Shown in pieces: positions 31,973 to 32,000 of a stretch of 32,000 nucleotides of DNA (within the stretch, counting starts at the first letter, position 1; every line of letters starts with the position of its first letter). The stretch lies in sequence record JX100813.1; one strand, written 5' to 3'. The DNA is from Caulobacter phage phiCbK. Below the pieces are notes generated by a model. That model worked only from the letters and a program-made list of their open reading frames with translations. It did not search any database and was not told where the DNA came from. Position numbers and translations under genes: made by a program.

Positions 31973-32000
31973 GGCGTGGAACGGGTATTGCTGATAGGCG

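Noticed and set aside
1-32000. tRNA genes, CRISPR array, integrase/transposase or retron-like elements
   Set aside because: The few intergenic gaps are short and explained by promoters, leaders, terminators and one membrane frame; no cloverleaf, repeat-spacer pattern, RT motif or recombinase motif was seen. A tRNAscan-SE run would be the decisive check for tRNAs.

Overview
A tightly packed, GC-rich, unidirectional gene block in which essentially all credible genes (about 64) lie on the minus strand, many with ATGA/TGATG start-stop overlaps. It looks like part of a large tailed-phage genome infecting an alphaproteobacterium; a Caulobacter phiCbK-like giant siphophage is my best guess (inference, no search run). 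There are no structural genes here, only accessory and metabolic ones. Recognisable products: HslV/proteasome-like Ntn hydrolase, NAMPT (NadV) followed by a NadM/NatV-type NMN adenylyltransferase-Nudix protein (an NAD+ reconstitution pair), archaeal/eukaryotic-type peptidyl-tRNA hydrolase (PTH2), SpoT/MESH1-like HD hydrolase, HNH-AP2 endonuclease, MazG-like protein, RtcB RNA ligase, SPFH/band-7 lipoprotein, a large Cys4 zinc-motif protein, ArdC-like antirestriction protein, acyl carrier protein, a second HNH nuclease, DUF4326, NT5C-type 5'-nucleotidase and a host-like XRE regulator. The strongest sequence-level signal outside the genes is a set of ten near-identical intergenic promoters (GTGTTGACA-N16/18-(C)TAGAAG), most followed by a conserved leader, CGACGACAACnAAGGAGG. 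There are two clear leftward rho-independent terminators. One 234-nt gap hides a two-helix membrane reading frame with no canonical start. I found no tRNA, CRISPR array, integrase or transposon.
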